Positions 1-12,515 of a stretch of DNA of 64,000 bases are shown piece after piece. The notes beneath the pieces were generated by a model. That model was given only the letters and a program-made list of their open reading frames with translations. It did no database searches and had not been told where the DNA came from. The DNA lies in assembly GCF_006345805.1 (NCBI RefSeq), contig NC_043019.1:23993360-24057359 (forward strand). Direction: 5' to 3'. This DNA is from Octopus sinensis. Taxonomy: Eukaryota. The first letter of the stretch is position 1; the number at the start of each line of letters is the position of its first letter. A program made the translations under genes and the position numbers.

Positions 1-231
1 AGATTAAAGAAAAAGGAAATAATGGCACAAAAAAACAATGGAATAAATACATGAGACTAAAGTTTAATGCTGTAGACTCTTTAGCACTTACCAACCTCGG
101 CTGCCAGTTCGTGGCCGTTTGCTTTACATTGAAGAGTTACTTTTGGTTCGTTTCAAAAACTGGCTTTGCTTTATGAGTCGAAAGAAACAGTTGCACACTG
201 GTGTGGTTGATGTGGTTGGTATTCAGTTTGT

Positions 232-415
232 ATTTTGTCTGCCGTTACGTTCTGAGTTCAAATTCCGCCGAGGTCGACTTTGCCTTTCATCCTTTCGGGG
301 TCGATAAATTAAGTACCAGTAGTTACTCACAGGGGTCGATGTAATCGACTTAATACCTATGTCTGTCCTTGTTTGTCCCTTCTGTGTTTAGCCCCTTGTG
401 GGTAATAAAGAAATA
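232..415 (+). mobile_element. 5'-truncated tRNA-derived SINE with Nin/Deu-like domain (family A)
   Basis: Contains GTTCTGAGTTCAAATTCCGCCGAGGTCGACTTTGCCTTTCATCCTTTCGGGGTCGATAAATTAAGTACCAG, shared with many copies in the window. Flanked by a 14-bp direct repeat GGTATTCAGTTTGT (218-231, 416-429), read as a TSD. Confidence 0.85.
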
Positions 416-429
416 GGTATTCAGTTTGT

Positions 430-1200
430 GCATCAACAGGACTAGTGTGGGTGGAGAGAGAATTTCAGGGAACTGAAAATGACTGTTCAGTAGAGAGAAA
501 ACGCGAACACAATCGAGATAACAAGTGGAAGAAAGACAGCCGTGTCAGGTGGGACTCGCTTATACGAAGCGTTCATATTTATCAATTGAGGAAAATAAAA
601 ACTGTTCTAATAGCGATAGAAGAAATGGTATGTTTGCGATGCAGCATTGGTGAGTGAATCGTTGTGAATCATTCGGTTGACTATCGTTTGGGTATGGTCC
701 AGGGTGCTCGCATGAGTAACTGCATCATCATGTTATATATATATGAGCAGTAATCCAGTGCGGGTCTTGTTAGAGCTCTGTGGAGGGCCAACAGTTAATT
801 ATGTCTGAAGTAGTTTCTGTCTCTGTAGAGGAAGCCTAATTTCGAAGAAGCTATATAAACGATGTCGCCATGTAAAATCATCACAAATGTTTTGAAATAG
901 CATTCATAGAAAATTTGAAGGTTTTAGTTGTATGTCGTCTATGAGTAGAAGGACTGTACTACAATGCTATTTTCTTGAATTATGTAGGTGCTTATGAATT
1001 TGTGCCGTTGAAAGAATGTTTTTGTACGTCTCTTCTCGTGGAGGCAGCGCTAGTCTAGGTTGTCCGTGGACGATGCTAGAGCGCCGAAGGCTAAGGTCGA
1101 GTGGAAATGCTTTTCATCTGAAAATACATGTGTGCTGTTAAAAGAGGAATCAAAAATTAATTTGCTGAAGAACGTGTGAAATTGGATTATGCTCGCGAAG
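430..1200 (-). mobile_element. Decayed 3' part of an APE-RT LINE (CR1/Jockey-like)
   Basis: Minus-strand translation with stops and frameshifts gives LGFLYRDRNYF..LLALHRALTRPALDYCSYI and FFYRY, matching the LYKxxIRPxLEYC...SLFYRYY C-terminal region of such LINEs. Confidence 0.55.
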
Positions 1201-1322
1201 AGTTCTGGTATCAACTATTTCATTTTTATCCTTAGATACAAAATTAAAATATATAAATAAATTATTATCGAAAGCTACTTAAATCTCTGGTATTTCTAAT
1301 CCGCCTTATTTACTTCTTTTAG

Positions 1323-1454
1323 AAACGTAACAAGGAACATCAAATGTCCTCTGTCCGAAAAGATGACACACAATCAAATTTATCATCAGATATCAATCAC
1401 AATGTCACTGTCAACTTGGCTGAAGGACATAATCGCCCCATCTTTATACAAACC
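1323..1454 (+). CDS. Internal/penultimate coding exon of an unidentified host gene
   Basis: Branch-like TTCTAAT plus polypyrimidine acceptor (ttatttacttcttttAG) and donor ACC|GTAAGA; 132 nt. Two frames are open: KRNKEHQMSS...NRPIFIQT and NVTRNIKCPL...APSLYKP. Confidence 0.65.
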
Positions 1455-1528
1455 GTAAGACTTCCTTTTCGGTTGCCTGAATAATCCAGCATTCATTACG
1501 CTCAGAATATTTCTATCCTTACCTTCAG

Positions 1529-1730
1529 TTGGAGTTTTTGCGGGATACAGTCATACATCACAAAATCAATTGTCCAACTGAATATCAATTCAAATCAATG
1601 CTTCTCTCTGGAATGCCCCTTGATTAAAGTAGCAAGTTGCGAGAAAATGTGTCACCAAAGTACAGCTTCACCACCTGTACAACTTCACCACCACCATCCA
1701 GAAATTGTTAACAATGGTCGTCGTCTGTAA
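1529..1730 (+). CDS. Terminal coding exon of the same gene (stop at 1627 or 1730 depending on frame)
   Basis: Follows a 74-nt GT-AG intron (1455-1528; acceptor tccttaccttcAG). Frame 1 reads LEFLRDTVIHHKINCPTEYQFKSMLLSGMPLD* (ends 1627). Frame 2 reads WSFCGIQSY...NNGRRL* (ends 1730). Confidence 0.6.
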
Positions 1731-1774
1731 TTATCTTACAGGGCATCTCAACAAGTGACTCCTGCATGAATGCT

Positions 1775-1775
<1 letters not shown>

Positions 1776-1807
<32 letters not shown>

Positions 1808-1897
1808 CAAAACCACCACCACCATCACCACAAGCAAATCCACCACCACCACCACCACCACCACCACCACCACCACCACCACCACCACCACCACACC

Positions 1898-1954
<57 letters not shown>

Positions 1955-1955
1955 G
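1776..1955. repeat. Compound (TAC)n/(CAC)n trinucleotide microsatellite
   Basis: Directly visible; it produces the poly-Y/H/T ORFs. Confidence 0.95.
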
Positions 1956-2099
1956 TCAGCCTGGCATCCCGTGACCAAGGTTATCTCTTCACAGATGTCC
2001 TTGAATTTTCTTAGACAATACTGCTTCAATATGCTATAAAATGGACTGTATGTAATTGGTAGCAAGTCAATATCCATAATCTCAGGATAAATTGATCAT

Positions 2100-2970
2100 T
2101 TAACAAGTGACACTGATTGCACATCGCCTCCCTTGCCGAGAGTCGCAGCAGGCCGTCGAGGTAGGCTCTGAAATCCATCCTGCTTTCCAGTGTATCATTC
2201 GTCCTGAACACTAGACCGAAGTGTTGCTGGAAAGCCATATACAACGGCTTGGGATTTAGTAGTATGCGTCCATTATAGTCCACCGAAGAGCGAATAATAG
2301 CATTGTTACCACGTTGCATCTCTGCCATTTGGGCCCACTGAACGTCTTTCGTTCCTTCGAATCTTAGAATAGGCGCCTTAGCTCTGACAACGTAGCCTCC
2401 GAGATTCACGTTGAAGAATTGAAGAAGCCAATCTCACTGAGATTGGTTGCGATGTCTTTCTTAAGAACATCTTCTAAGTTTTTTGTTCTCCCTGTAACAT
2501 ATATTTCTGCTTCGCTACGAATTTACTAGACCTAATGGATTCTATCGCAAAGGACCTTTTCAGGACGAACCACTATTTGTTGTTGACGATTGTATCCTGT
2601 TATCCCTCGCTTAACTAATTTACTAATCCAATCTCTGTAAGCATGGCACGCCGGAAGAAATACGTTCAGCTTCCGTAACCGGGTCCTTGCCTACGAAGCC
2701 AATGTAGGTCGTGGTTTATGTAGGTGATCACTTCAAATTTTGGACACCCTATGCTACCTCTGTCTATTGGCCTACAGCATACTCTATCAAAGTACGATCC
2801 GGATAACTCGATGTGATCCACACTGGCGCATTTGGGAAATCCAGTCGGTACCTGTTAGGCATTTGGAAGCGTATGGGCAAGTTTGCAAGGCTTCCTCACA
2901 CCTTCATATAGGCTAGCCCTGTACAATCTCTGCATGCATTCAAGATGTCGTTCCAGTCATCCATTAGCAC
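2100..2970 (-). mobile_element. Decayed Tx1/L1-clade LINE ORF2 fragment (endonuclease C-terminus plus linker)
   Basis: Translations include RYRLDFPNAPVW, SYFDRVCCR, QGPGY..KLN and AFQQHFGLVF...FRAYLDGLLRLSAREA, all typical of Tx1 ORF2; disrupted by stops and frameshifts. Confidence 0.75.
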
Positions 2971-2989
2971 TTAGGAGTAGAACGTTTTT

Positions 2990-4300
2990 TTTATCATTTT
3001 CGTATGAGCTGGAGTCTTATGTGGGTGTGCAATATATTCATGTTGAGCTATGTTTGTGTATTGATGAATATGTTTCGTTAAGCCCTTATTGTTTGCATCT
3101 ACGGCCATAGTTGATGATGCTTTTTGTTTGTTCGGTCTGGTAAGCTGTTCACTTAATCTCAATTCGGATGACTTTTCGTTTGTTATGGTGTTTGTAACTT
3201 TGGTGGTGTTTCTAGTGTTGGAAATGTTTGTGGTTGATCTGTTGTTGCAATGTGAGTCGTTTTCTCTGTCTCTTCCTCTAGCCTCTTTGTTTTTAGTCTG
3301 CCACATCGCTTTTCGCTTCCAATTTTCCCCCTCTTTCTCTTCACAAGGATCCATTCTGGTGATTTCTTTCAAACTGCAAAAACTCATCATTCTTCGTCAG
3401 ATGATTATTTTGCAGCCGGAGACATCTGTGGCAATGGGGTGAGGAATGTCACTGCGGTCGCATATTTTTCTGTTCATTGTTTGTTTGACTGGAGTGGGTG
3501 AAGCCTCTTTGCCTTGTTGTGGTAGAGATGGAATTTTTTTCTTCGCAGTTGCGGTTCCTTTTGGTGCTGTGGTTATTGTTTGTGGTACTACTGCTGTTTT
3601 TATTGTAGATGTTGATGTGGTGAAGGTGTCGGCAGCAGAATGGAGAAGCTTTTTGTTATTTAAAATTTATTTTGCAGCAGGCAGAAAATATTTCACTGAC
3701 TTCTATCTCCACATATAGAGCATCTCGGCCTTCTGTCCTCAACTGCTATAAAAATCTGTGAGCAATTTGGGAGGTTCATCAAGTCAGCTACAACCGACAT
3801 GCTTTTCCCGTCTGTCTGGGATAATAGTTCCATCCCTGTGCCAGACCAATTTTCCCTTTCCCGGTTTGTCGACTTGCAACATATTTGTTTTAATTTCTAC
3901 GCATTTCATTCTTCTTTTCTCCTCTTTCTTTTCACAAGTAGCTACTTCAGTGAAATTTTTTTCAAACTGATTTCCTCACCAGGTGAGTTTTCGCAACTGG
4001 AGAAATCTTTACTACGGCTGCCGTGAACAAGGGAATGTACACTGTTGGTGGTATCTCAGCCTCTTTTATTTTCACTACCCTTCCATGAAGATATGCTGGA
4101 ATAAACACACGATAATCTTCAGTGTTGTGGTCGAATTATCCTTCCTTGCTTTTTCAGTTGGAAACCTCACCTCATCTCTGTCAAATTGTCTTTCTCAAGC
4201 GACATAGGTTGTTTATACCCCAGAATGGTTTTAAGGCACTTTTTAATCTGGGCCGCATTGTTCGCTCAAGTCACCTCGTTTTAAGTGCAGTACATTCATG
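2990..4300 (-). mobile_element. Probable decayed ORF1 (gag-like zinc knuckle) of the same Tx1-like LINE
   Basis: PAYLHGRVVKIKEAEIPP and IAVEDRRPRCSICGD (start of a CX2C knuckle), followed by a low-complexity T/K/E-rich tail. Same strand as, and upstream of, the ORF2 fragment. Confidence 0.5.
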
Positions 4301-4689
4301 TATAATTCTTGCCGTTGTTGTAGTCATACATACACTATCTCTTAACAGTAGTAGGTAGTGGCAGCAAACTATTTTTATAATTGCTCTTTCATTAGCTATC
4401 CCCTGCCTTGATTTGGGAGGCCGTGTCGGTTTTTTTCTTAAAAATTCAGAATTTGCCCCAAAGAGGCGAATATTTAACAAAGCCATCGAGCTTCAGAGGA
4501 TACTACGCCGCTTATCAACAAAATGGAACAACAAAAATAGAAAGAACATTCTTTAAAACAACAAACAATAAAATTGAACTCACGAGCTTCGTAAAGACTA
4601 ACCTCCTCTTACAAGCACAGTGACGATGATAATGTTGCTGCTGCTGATGATGATGATGATAATCCTTTCTACTATAGACACAAGGTCTG

Positions 4690-4870
4690 GAATTCTGGGG
4701 AAGGGGGCCATTCGATAATATCGACCCCCAGTGCGTAACTGGAACTTATTCCATCGAGCCCGAAAAGATAAAAGGCAAAGTTGACCTCGGCGGAATTTGA
4801 ACTCAGTACGTAAGGACGGACGAAATGTTGCTAAGCATTTTGTTCGGCATGCTAACGGTTCTGCAGCTCG
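4690..4870 (-). mobile_element. Family A (Nin-domain) SINE, diverged
   Basis: Reverse complement of the family A consensus (GAGCTG..GAACCGTTAGCATGCC...GAGTTCAAATTCCGCCGAGGTCAACTTTGCC). Confidence 0.75.
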
Positions 4871-5639
4871 AATAATATAATTATGCGATAAATATGATGT
4901 TTAGCTCTGGATTAGCCCTAATTGATAAATAGTTTTAAAGAACGTTCTAGACATTACCACACACACACACACACACACCCACACAAACACACTCACACAA
5001 ACGCACACACGAACGTACACACAGAGAGACACAGAGACAGACAGATACACACACGAAATACACACGTATAATTTACATTACACACACACACTTATATACA
5101 ATGTGTGTGTGTGCTCAATATGTCCTATTTTAAACTGGAAGAAAGTGATGCAGAAGGTCTATAGTAAAAATAAATAATATGATGATGATGTTTATTCTTT
5201 TTAATCTTTCGTTTGTCCTGAAATCCTGTTAACTTATTTGCTAAACATCTAGAAAACAACAATTACACACGCAAGCAGACGCAAACCTGCGCACAGACAA
5301 ATATCGCACGCACAGACACACAGAGGCTCACACGCGTTTTTACACTTCTGTATGAACCCATTTCTGAATGAGATTCTAAAAAAAAAAAAAAAAGAGAGAG
5401 AGAGAGAAAGTGGTAAGGAACAGAGAGACAAAGGGAAAGCAGAGCCTACACACTAACGCATATTTGTTGATTGTGTGTGTGTGTGTGTCTGTGTGTGGAT
5501 GCGAGTTATTTTTGCATAAATATATAAAAATACCTTATGCATACAAATGCACGCACACATCCCTATACAGCGACCATTGTTATGTATATTAATTAGATGA
5601 ATGTGAGTACAGTGGAGTACAGGGTGTCAATGTGTGCAC

Positions 5640-5780
5640 CACTGTATGTGTGTATGTATGTATGTATGGGTATGTATGTATGTATGTATGGGTATGCATG
5701 TACTATGTGTGTGTGTATGTATGTATGTATGTATGTACTATGTGTGTGTGTATGTATGTACGTATTTATGTGTATGTATG

Positions 5781-5811
<31 letters not shown>

Positions 5812-6120
5812 GCATGTATGTATGTATATATGTATGTATGTATGTTTGTGTGTATGTATGTATGTATGTATGTATGTGTGTATGTATGTATATATGTGTG
5901 TATATGTATGTGTGCATGTATGTATATATGTGTGTATGTATGTATGTGTATGTGTGTAAGCATGTATGAGTGTATGCATATATGCATGTGTGTGTGTGTA
6001 TATGTATGAATCTGTATCTTTTCATCTTACTCTCCCTATCTATCTATCTATCCATCAATCTATACAATACATATATACATACATATGTACATACATACAT
6101 ATATGCATACACACATACAC
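5640..6120. repeat. Compound (TATG)n/(TG)n/(TA)n microsatellite
   Basis: Directly visible. Confidence 0.9.
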
Positions 6121-6219
6121 AGACACGATTGAGGGCTTCGAATGTCCCGTCCTGTGGTTCTTGTGTCGTCTTCTAGGTGTTTCACGTTCTTGTCCCAGTT
6201 TGTATATTTTTTCTACTTT

Positions 6220-6251
<32 letters not shown>

Positions 6252-6255
<4 letters not shown>

Positions 6256-6513
6256 GTTGGTGCATAATTATTGCGGCTTTTTTTTTCATCAAATATTATT
6301 CAACAAAATCAATAACAATATTTCAATATTTAACAAAAAGCATCTTTAAATGACGGTCTGACCGTCTGCCAACCAAATGGGAAGAGGTAATTGAAGTAGA
6401 TGGTGAATATGCTCCGGAATAATCATTTAAAGATGTTTTGGTTACATGCTGCTATTGCTTTTGTCGAATAAAATTTGTTGAGAAAAAGCCGCAATAATTG
6501 TGCACCAGCCCAA
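6252..6513 (+). mobile_element. Mariner-derived MITE / internally deleted element
   Basis: TIRs TTGGGTTGGTGCATAATTATTGCGGCTTTT and AAAAAGCCGCAATAATTGTGCACCAGCCCAA, with TA on both flanks. The interior encodes the mariner C-terminal remnant LPTKWEEVIEVDGEY. Confidence 0.85.
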
Positions 6514-6583
6514 TATATCTATATATATATATCTATATCTATATCTATATCTATATATTCTCTTTTTTTTTTTTTTTTTTTTT

Positions 6584-6972
6584 TTTACTTGTTTCAGTCA
6601 TTTGACTGCGGCCATGCTGGAGCACCGCCTTTAGTCGAGCAAATCGACCCCGGGACTTATTCTTTTTTGTAAGCCCAGTACTTATTCTATCGGTCTCTTT
6701 TGTCGAACCGCTAAGTGACGGGGACGTAAACACACCAGCATCGGTTGTCAAGCAATGCTAGGGGAACAAACACAGGGGAACACACACTTATATATATATA
6801 CATATATACGACAGGCTTCTTTCAGTTTCCGTCTACCAAATCCACTCACAAGGCATTGGTCGGCCCGGGGCTATAGCAGAAGACACTTGCCCAAGATGCC
6901 ACGCAGTGGGACTGAACCCGGAACCATGTGGTTGTTTAGCAAGCTACTTACCACACAGCCACTCCTGCGCCT
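6584..6972 (-). mobile_element. Full-length tRNA-derived SINE (family B, CORE-like segment)
   Basis: Minus-strand head AGGCGCAGGAGTGGCTGTGTGG (A box) ... GGTTCAGTCCC (B box), then CTTGGGCAAGTGTCTTCT. Near-identical copy at 43822-44245. Confidence 0.9.
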
Positions 6973-7074
6973 ATATATATATATTATTATATTTCGGAAT
7001 GGTCATTTTGCCAGTTTAGCCAATAAAAACACACGCACTATATATCTGGTGTTATTTTACTTCAGTGTTTAAAC

Positions 7075-7186
<112 letters not shown>

Positions 7187-7884
7187 GTGTGCGTGCGTGT
7201 GTGTGTGTGTGTATACATATAAATCTATATATATATATACATAACACGCACGCACGCACGCACACCCACCCACGCCCGCACATACATCATCATCATCATC
7301 ATCATGTCTACTTCTGTTTTATCTTAGATACTGTAAAGTTTTCTATAAAAAAAATTAAAAAATAGCGAACCACGTGTTAAATGTTTCGGAAAAATATTAT
7401 TTATGAAACAATTGTAAGCAAATATGGAGAGAGAATTTTTAGCATTTGTCAATCATTCACAAATCTGTGCACTAACGATATTCAGACAAACAGCTGTCGA
7501 CGATATCAGAGCGTACCTCTGGGTGTCATGAAAAAGAGAACGAGCAGACAGAGAGTACACATAGAGTAGGTGTTTAAATGCGAAAAGGAAAAAACATAGT
7601 AAAGCAGGGCTTGGCACGGATGGGGGTAGGGTGGGTGTAGGGTGGCGGCGGTGATGGGGTGGGGGTGGGGTTCTGGTGTAAGACGTTGAGAGCAAAGAAG
7701 AAAAAGAGAGGGGAGGAATAGAAAAGAAAAACCTTAGAAGAAAAAAAGATTAGGATAAAAGGGAAAGAAAGATCAACAGTGAAAAGAAGTCAAGGAAGAG
7801 AGAAAATATACTGTGAGGGATATATATATTTATATATATATATATATCGATGCCCCCTTCTTACAAACATTTACACGCGCGCGC

Positions 7885-8556
<672 letters not shown>

Positions 8557-8584
8557 TGGGTGTCCTCACATTGTGGTTTCCCTC

Positions 8585-8647
<63 letters not shown>

Positions 8648-8663
8648 TATATATGCATGTATG

Positions 8664-8696
<33 letters not shown>

Positions 8697-8721
8697 ATCT
8701 AATGTAGGATAAAATTTTTGG

Positions 8722-9297
8722 GAAAAAAATTATTTTCCAAAAATATTTTATCAATGGCCAGTATATTAAAAAATACCTTTAAAGGTTAAAATTATAAACA
8801 ATTCATAAATAAGGGCAAACGAAACAATTCCTAATGCCAAATATGCCGGACTCTTTCACTCTGTGAGAGCATCAGTTCAAATCGCACATGTCTCGAATGG
8901 GATAGAGTATTTCTATTTTGGATGTATTTGGGGTACTTAATTGTGCTCATGACTTAGTATTTGCTTCTTCCATGGGTATGAGTAAGTATCTCAATTATTT
9001 CTTTTGCCACATGTATCACTGACGAAGGGACGGCTGTTATAAGCTAACCCTGAAATCGGTCCGATATGGTAATAATGGAATTTTTTAGAAATTTCTGTCC
9101 AACTTTTTTCGAGTAGCGTGCGTATTGTGAAAAAAATTATATGGTTAATGGACAAATATGTCCAATTTTTCGGCATATTTGGCATTAGAAATTTTTTCGT
9201 TTGCCCTTATTTATTAATTGTTTATAATTTTAACCTTTAAAGGTATTTTTTAATATGCTGACCATTGATAAAATTTTTTTAGAAAATAATTTTTTTC
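8722..9297. mobile_element. MITE/foldback element with ~127-bp terminal inverted repeats
   Basis: 8722-8848 is the reverse complement of 9171-9297 with few mismatches; non-coding interior. Confidence 0.75.
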
Positions 9298-9309
9298 GAA
9301 AAAAAGCAC

Positions 9310-9570
9310 GACGATCTGGGTGTTTCATTGCTGCAAAGGTTTCTTAAAGGAAGTGTTTGTGTGGACATGTTATTTAACGTGTGGTTTGCAGACAATACTT
9401 CCAGATTTATAGTAAAGTATTCGGCACATTGTAAAGTATACGGCTCTCAAGTATACATCCGCATAGCTGAAGAGGCAGTTGTCAAATGTTTGCTCGACAT
9501 GTCTCAATGGAGAACTTCGTCAGAGAAGAGCCAAAGTGTACCACTTGTATGCTCAATGTCGCTCTGCGGA
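9310..9570 (-). mobile_element. Decayed Tc1/mariner transposase remnant
   Basis: EPYTLQCAEYFTINLEVLSANHTLNNMSTQTLPLRNLCSNET resembles the PYKxQxxQxL...FSDE segment of Tc1/mariner transposases. Confidence 0.35.
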
Positions 9571-9769
9571 TCGTTTGACTGATTACAACAGCACTTCGAT
9601 TATTACAATAGCAGTTTGACTGATTACAATAGCAGTTCGATTATTCGAGTTTGATCTTTTAGGGAGCACAAAACGTTTCTGGTGGTTTGAACATTTTTCA
9701 GGCAGTAATTTGGAATGCTGGTTTTTGGTGAAGGACACTGGCTATGCATTTATGTATGTATGCTACTTA

Positions 9770-10045
9770 TTTTGTCGTTTTTTTTTGCCGAACCACTACG
9801 TTACGGAGACGTAAACAAACCAGCACCGGTTGTCAAGCAGTGGTGAGAGAAAGCACAAAGACACACACACATGCAAATGCGAAGGGATTCTTTCAGTTTC
9901 TATTAATCAAGTCCACCAGATCTACTCACAAGGCTTTGGTCGGCAAGAGGCTATAGTAGAAGGTATTTGGCACGATGCCGAACAGTGTGAGCGAACTCAT
10001 GACTACATGGTTGGGAAGCAAGATTTTTAACAACACAACCAGCTC
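9770..10045 (-). mobile_element. Degraded family B SINE
   Basis: GCCGAACCAC..TTACGGAGACGTAAAC...ATCTACTCACAAGGCTTTGGTCGGC aligns to family B copies. Confidence 0.7.
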
Positions 10046-10433
10046 GCAGAAATAAAACAAAAAAATATAAGTTTGCTTCTGGCGTTTTGGCGGGAAGATA
10101 GCTGGGTGTATGTGGTGATACTATCGTATTCGGGATATAATTTTATTAAATTAAAACTTGTTTGATTGGATAAGTACATTTAATTGAGATTTAGATTAAA
10201 TAGAAAATTTGAAAGAAACAGATTCTATGTCTTGCTGGAATACATTTATAAGAGGAATCCACAAGAGTGTTCCATAGAATAGGCTTAGAATGTCTTAACT
10301 GTATATATATCATGCAGAGCAACTGAATAAAAAGACAAATTCAAAACAAATATTAAACTAAATATGTACTAGGGTAGAAGTGTGTTTCTGGAAACTGTTT
10401 TTTTTTTCCATACGGACACAACCGGAATAGTCG

Positions 10434-10437
10434 TCAA
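10434..10437 (-). CDS. Candidate terminal exon (last codon plus stop) of the minus-strand host gene, followed by 3' UTR
   Basis: Strong acceptor tttacatttttttccAG. Phase 2 completes AG+T (Ser), followed by TGA. A minus-strand AATAAA lies at ~10142-10147. Confidence 0.4.
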
Positions 10438-11033
10438 CTGGAAAAAAATGTAAATTCTGATTTACCCATTTTAAGCACATCTGAAACTTAACTGAATTCA
10501 CATCTCCAAAACTTAGCATGATATCAAATAAAGCAGTAGTTTTACTTAGAATGAAGAATATGACAGCTTGTCAAAAATACACCAGAAATCAGGAATCACT
10601 AGAACGATTCACAAAGCAAGTTTAGAGCAATGCGATTTGATGTGTGGTATAAAGAATTAAAAAGTAATTCAAGGCATATTCATATCAAAATAAGCATATT
10701 TATTATGCCTCAATACAATTGTGTCTGGGAACTACTTGCACTCATAGAGACACAAACAGAACAATCATTAGTTGGAAATAAATAAGTGAAATCGTTTGTA
10801 ACCCAAATTACATATTCTTGGTTATATCATTCTAGAGGATCTTAGTGGATTCCTCTTTTATAATGCAGTCGTGATCTATTTTGAGAAATATTTATCTTAA
10901 TAGTTTCGATGTTTCACCAGGCTATTGATACCTGGGGCTTTATTGTCATGAGCGTGTATAACCACGAGTTATTGTTTGTTTACGTCTAACGACGGATCTA
11001 CTTCTATGAGTGCAACCAATGTCCAGCACTTAC

Positions 11034-11130
11034 CTTTCTACATTCATTTTCTTCCCTAAGTAGGACTTGAAAAAGTTGATGAAAAGCTTCAGCCTTTTAA
11101 CCGTGTCAACCAACTGAAGATTGTCCGCTC
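11034..11130 (-). CDS. Internal coding exon of an unidentified minus-strand gene
   Basis: Acceptor ctctgcctttcttttgcAG and donor AAG|GTAAGT; 97 nt, phase 1 to 2; open frame (G)ADNLQLVDTVKRLKLFINFFKSYLGKKMNVE(S). Confidence 0.7.
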
Positions 11131-11920
11131 CTGCAAAAGAAAGGCAGAGGTTCGAACTTCACGATAGACTCGGTTAATAGCCGGGCCCACCTAACATCTG
11201 ACATTAGCCACTTGACATAACTACATAATTCAACAGTATAAGCGCATCACGAACAGTTTCTGTTGCTCGCGATTCTGGCTTGACTTTACCGGTAGAATTT
11301 ATCAAGAATAGGGAAAGCACTACAAAATTTTCTTGTGAAAATTGCCTATAATTCCCAACCTGAATGCCTTCCTGAAGACTTTTCTCGTCGACAACTAGAA
11401 ATCGCCCTTAACTATCCTCGCCTGTATCATTTTCTAACCTCTATAAATGCAAAGTTTCGCTACCCATTGACCAGATAGTTCACCTACTAGTGTGCATTAA
11501 GTGCCCGGTAATATTGCAGATGACGAAAGCCCAGCATCGGTCTGTGAAAGACCCAGTGCTTGGTAATAGCAACAAAATGCAAATTTACATGTCACGAACA
11601 GTGATCGTTCCTGCTTACTTACGTTGCCTAAGAATCTCTGTAAAAATGTATCAGTCTCCGGAGGATGTTTTGCAATGGATCTTCTGAGCAGTGGAACCTG
11701 TATCAACCATAGCTAACAAAAACTCACAAATGTTAAATGTAAGGGTCAGGGCAGTAGAATACTAGGATCTTTTCTGTTTAGTTTTTACTTTTCAATTCCT
11801 TCAGTTTTGTCCCAACTGATATCAAATTTAATGTATTGATGTAGTTTTTTATGCTATTTATGGAAATGAAATTAATTTTTTTTGCCATAAATTAATGAAT
11901 AGCTTTTTAAGTTTGCACAT

Positions 11921-12259
11921 TTTTGATAATTTTAGCCAATCGAAAGCCAGATATATCGGTGACTGTTTCCATATGAACAGGCCAAACTCTTGTTTTAGTC
12001 TGCTTAGCCGTCTGTTGCTGTCCTATCCCATCACGTGTACTTTGCGTTTTCCTGATTTCACCCGTCAGATGAACTACAGCTTGTTTCTTCGTAATGCCTC
12101 TTCCAACATTTCACATGACTTTATTCATTAAAACTTATTAAAAACTTCCGTCGTTGCATGTTTTGTCGTCGCAAGTTGTCATCAGTTGTCCTAAGTTGTC
12201 ATCACGTAAAAAATGCCAACTTCCAAATCCTGCTGTCTAATTGGCTAAAAATCATCAAA
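11921..12259. mobile_element. Possible small MITE with ~20-35-bp inverted termini
   Basis: TTTTGATAATTTTAGCCAAT (11921-11940) versus ATTGGCTAAAAATCATCAAA (12240-12259). Confidence 0.35.
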
Positions 12260-12439
12260 TTTTAAACCCCTGTAATATGTTGCTAAAAGTTTTCTAGAAC
12301 AAGTGAATAACAATATCAGATTCAGTGTGAAAAATTACAAAATTTCAAGACGTGAAGCCGAACAGAAAAGATGCGAATACAGTCGATATTGACTGTATTT
12401 AGATATGTCTCCCGACTTCCTGTGAAAGCTTCCTCTTAC

Positions 12440-12515
12440 CAGCCCTATTTACCACGCAGTTTTTAACCATGTTGAGGCCTGTTTCGAAACAGATCTCAAA
12501 CATCTTAACTGGGCC
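12440..12515 (-). CDS. Internal coding exon of the same minus-strand gene
   Basis: Acceptor ctgaacctAG and donor CTG|GTAAGA; 76 nt, phase 0 to 1; GPVKMFEICFETGLNMVKNCVVNRA(G) splices in frame to 11130. Confidence 0.55.

Noticed and set aside
445-657. 70-aa ORF with GT donors as the upstream exon of the + gene
   Set aside because: It is the antisense of a decayed LINE 3' region.
9380-9480. Phase-2 exon candidate YADVYLRAVYFTMCRILYYK for the minus-strand gene
   Set aside because: Another frame matches a Tc1/mariner transposase remnant, and 10437 offers a stronger acceptor.
10250-10857. 13-bp inverted repeat AAGAGGAATCCAC as MITE termini
   Set aside because: Short, no TSD, and it would enclose the candidate terminal exon.
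11670-11730. LAMVDTGS as a retroviral aspartic protease motif
   Set aside because: Isolated motif, a stop follows shortly, and there is no RT or integrase context.
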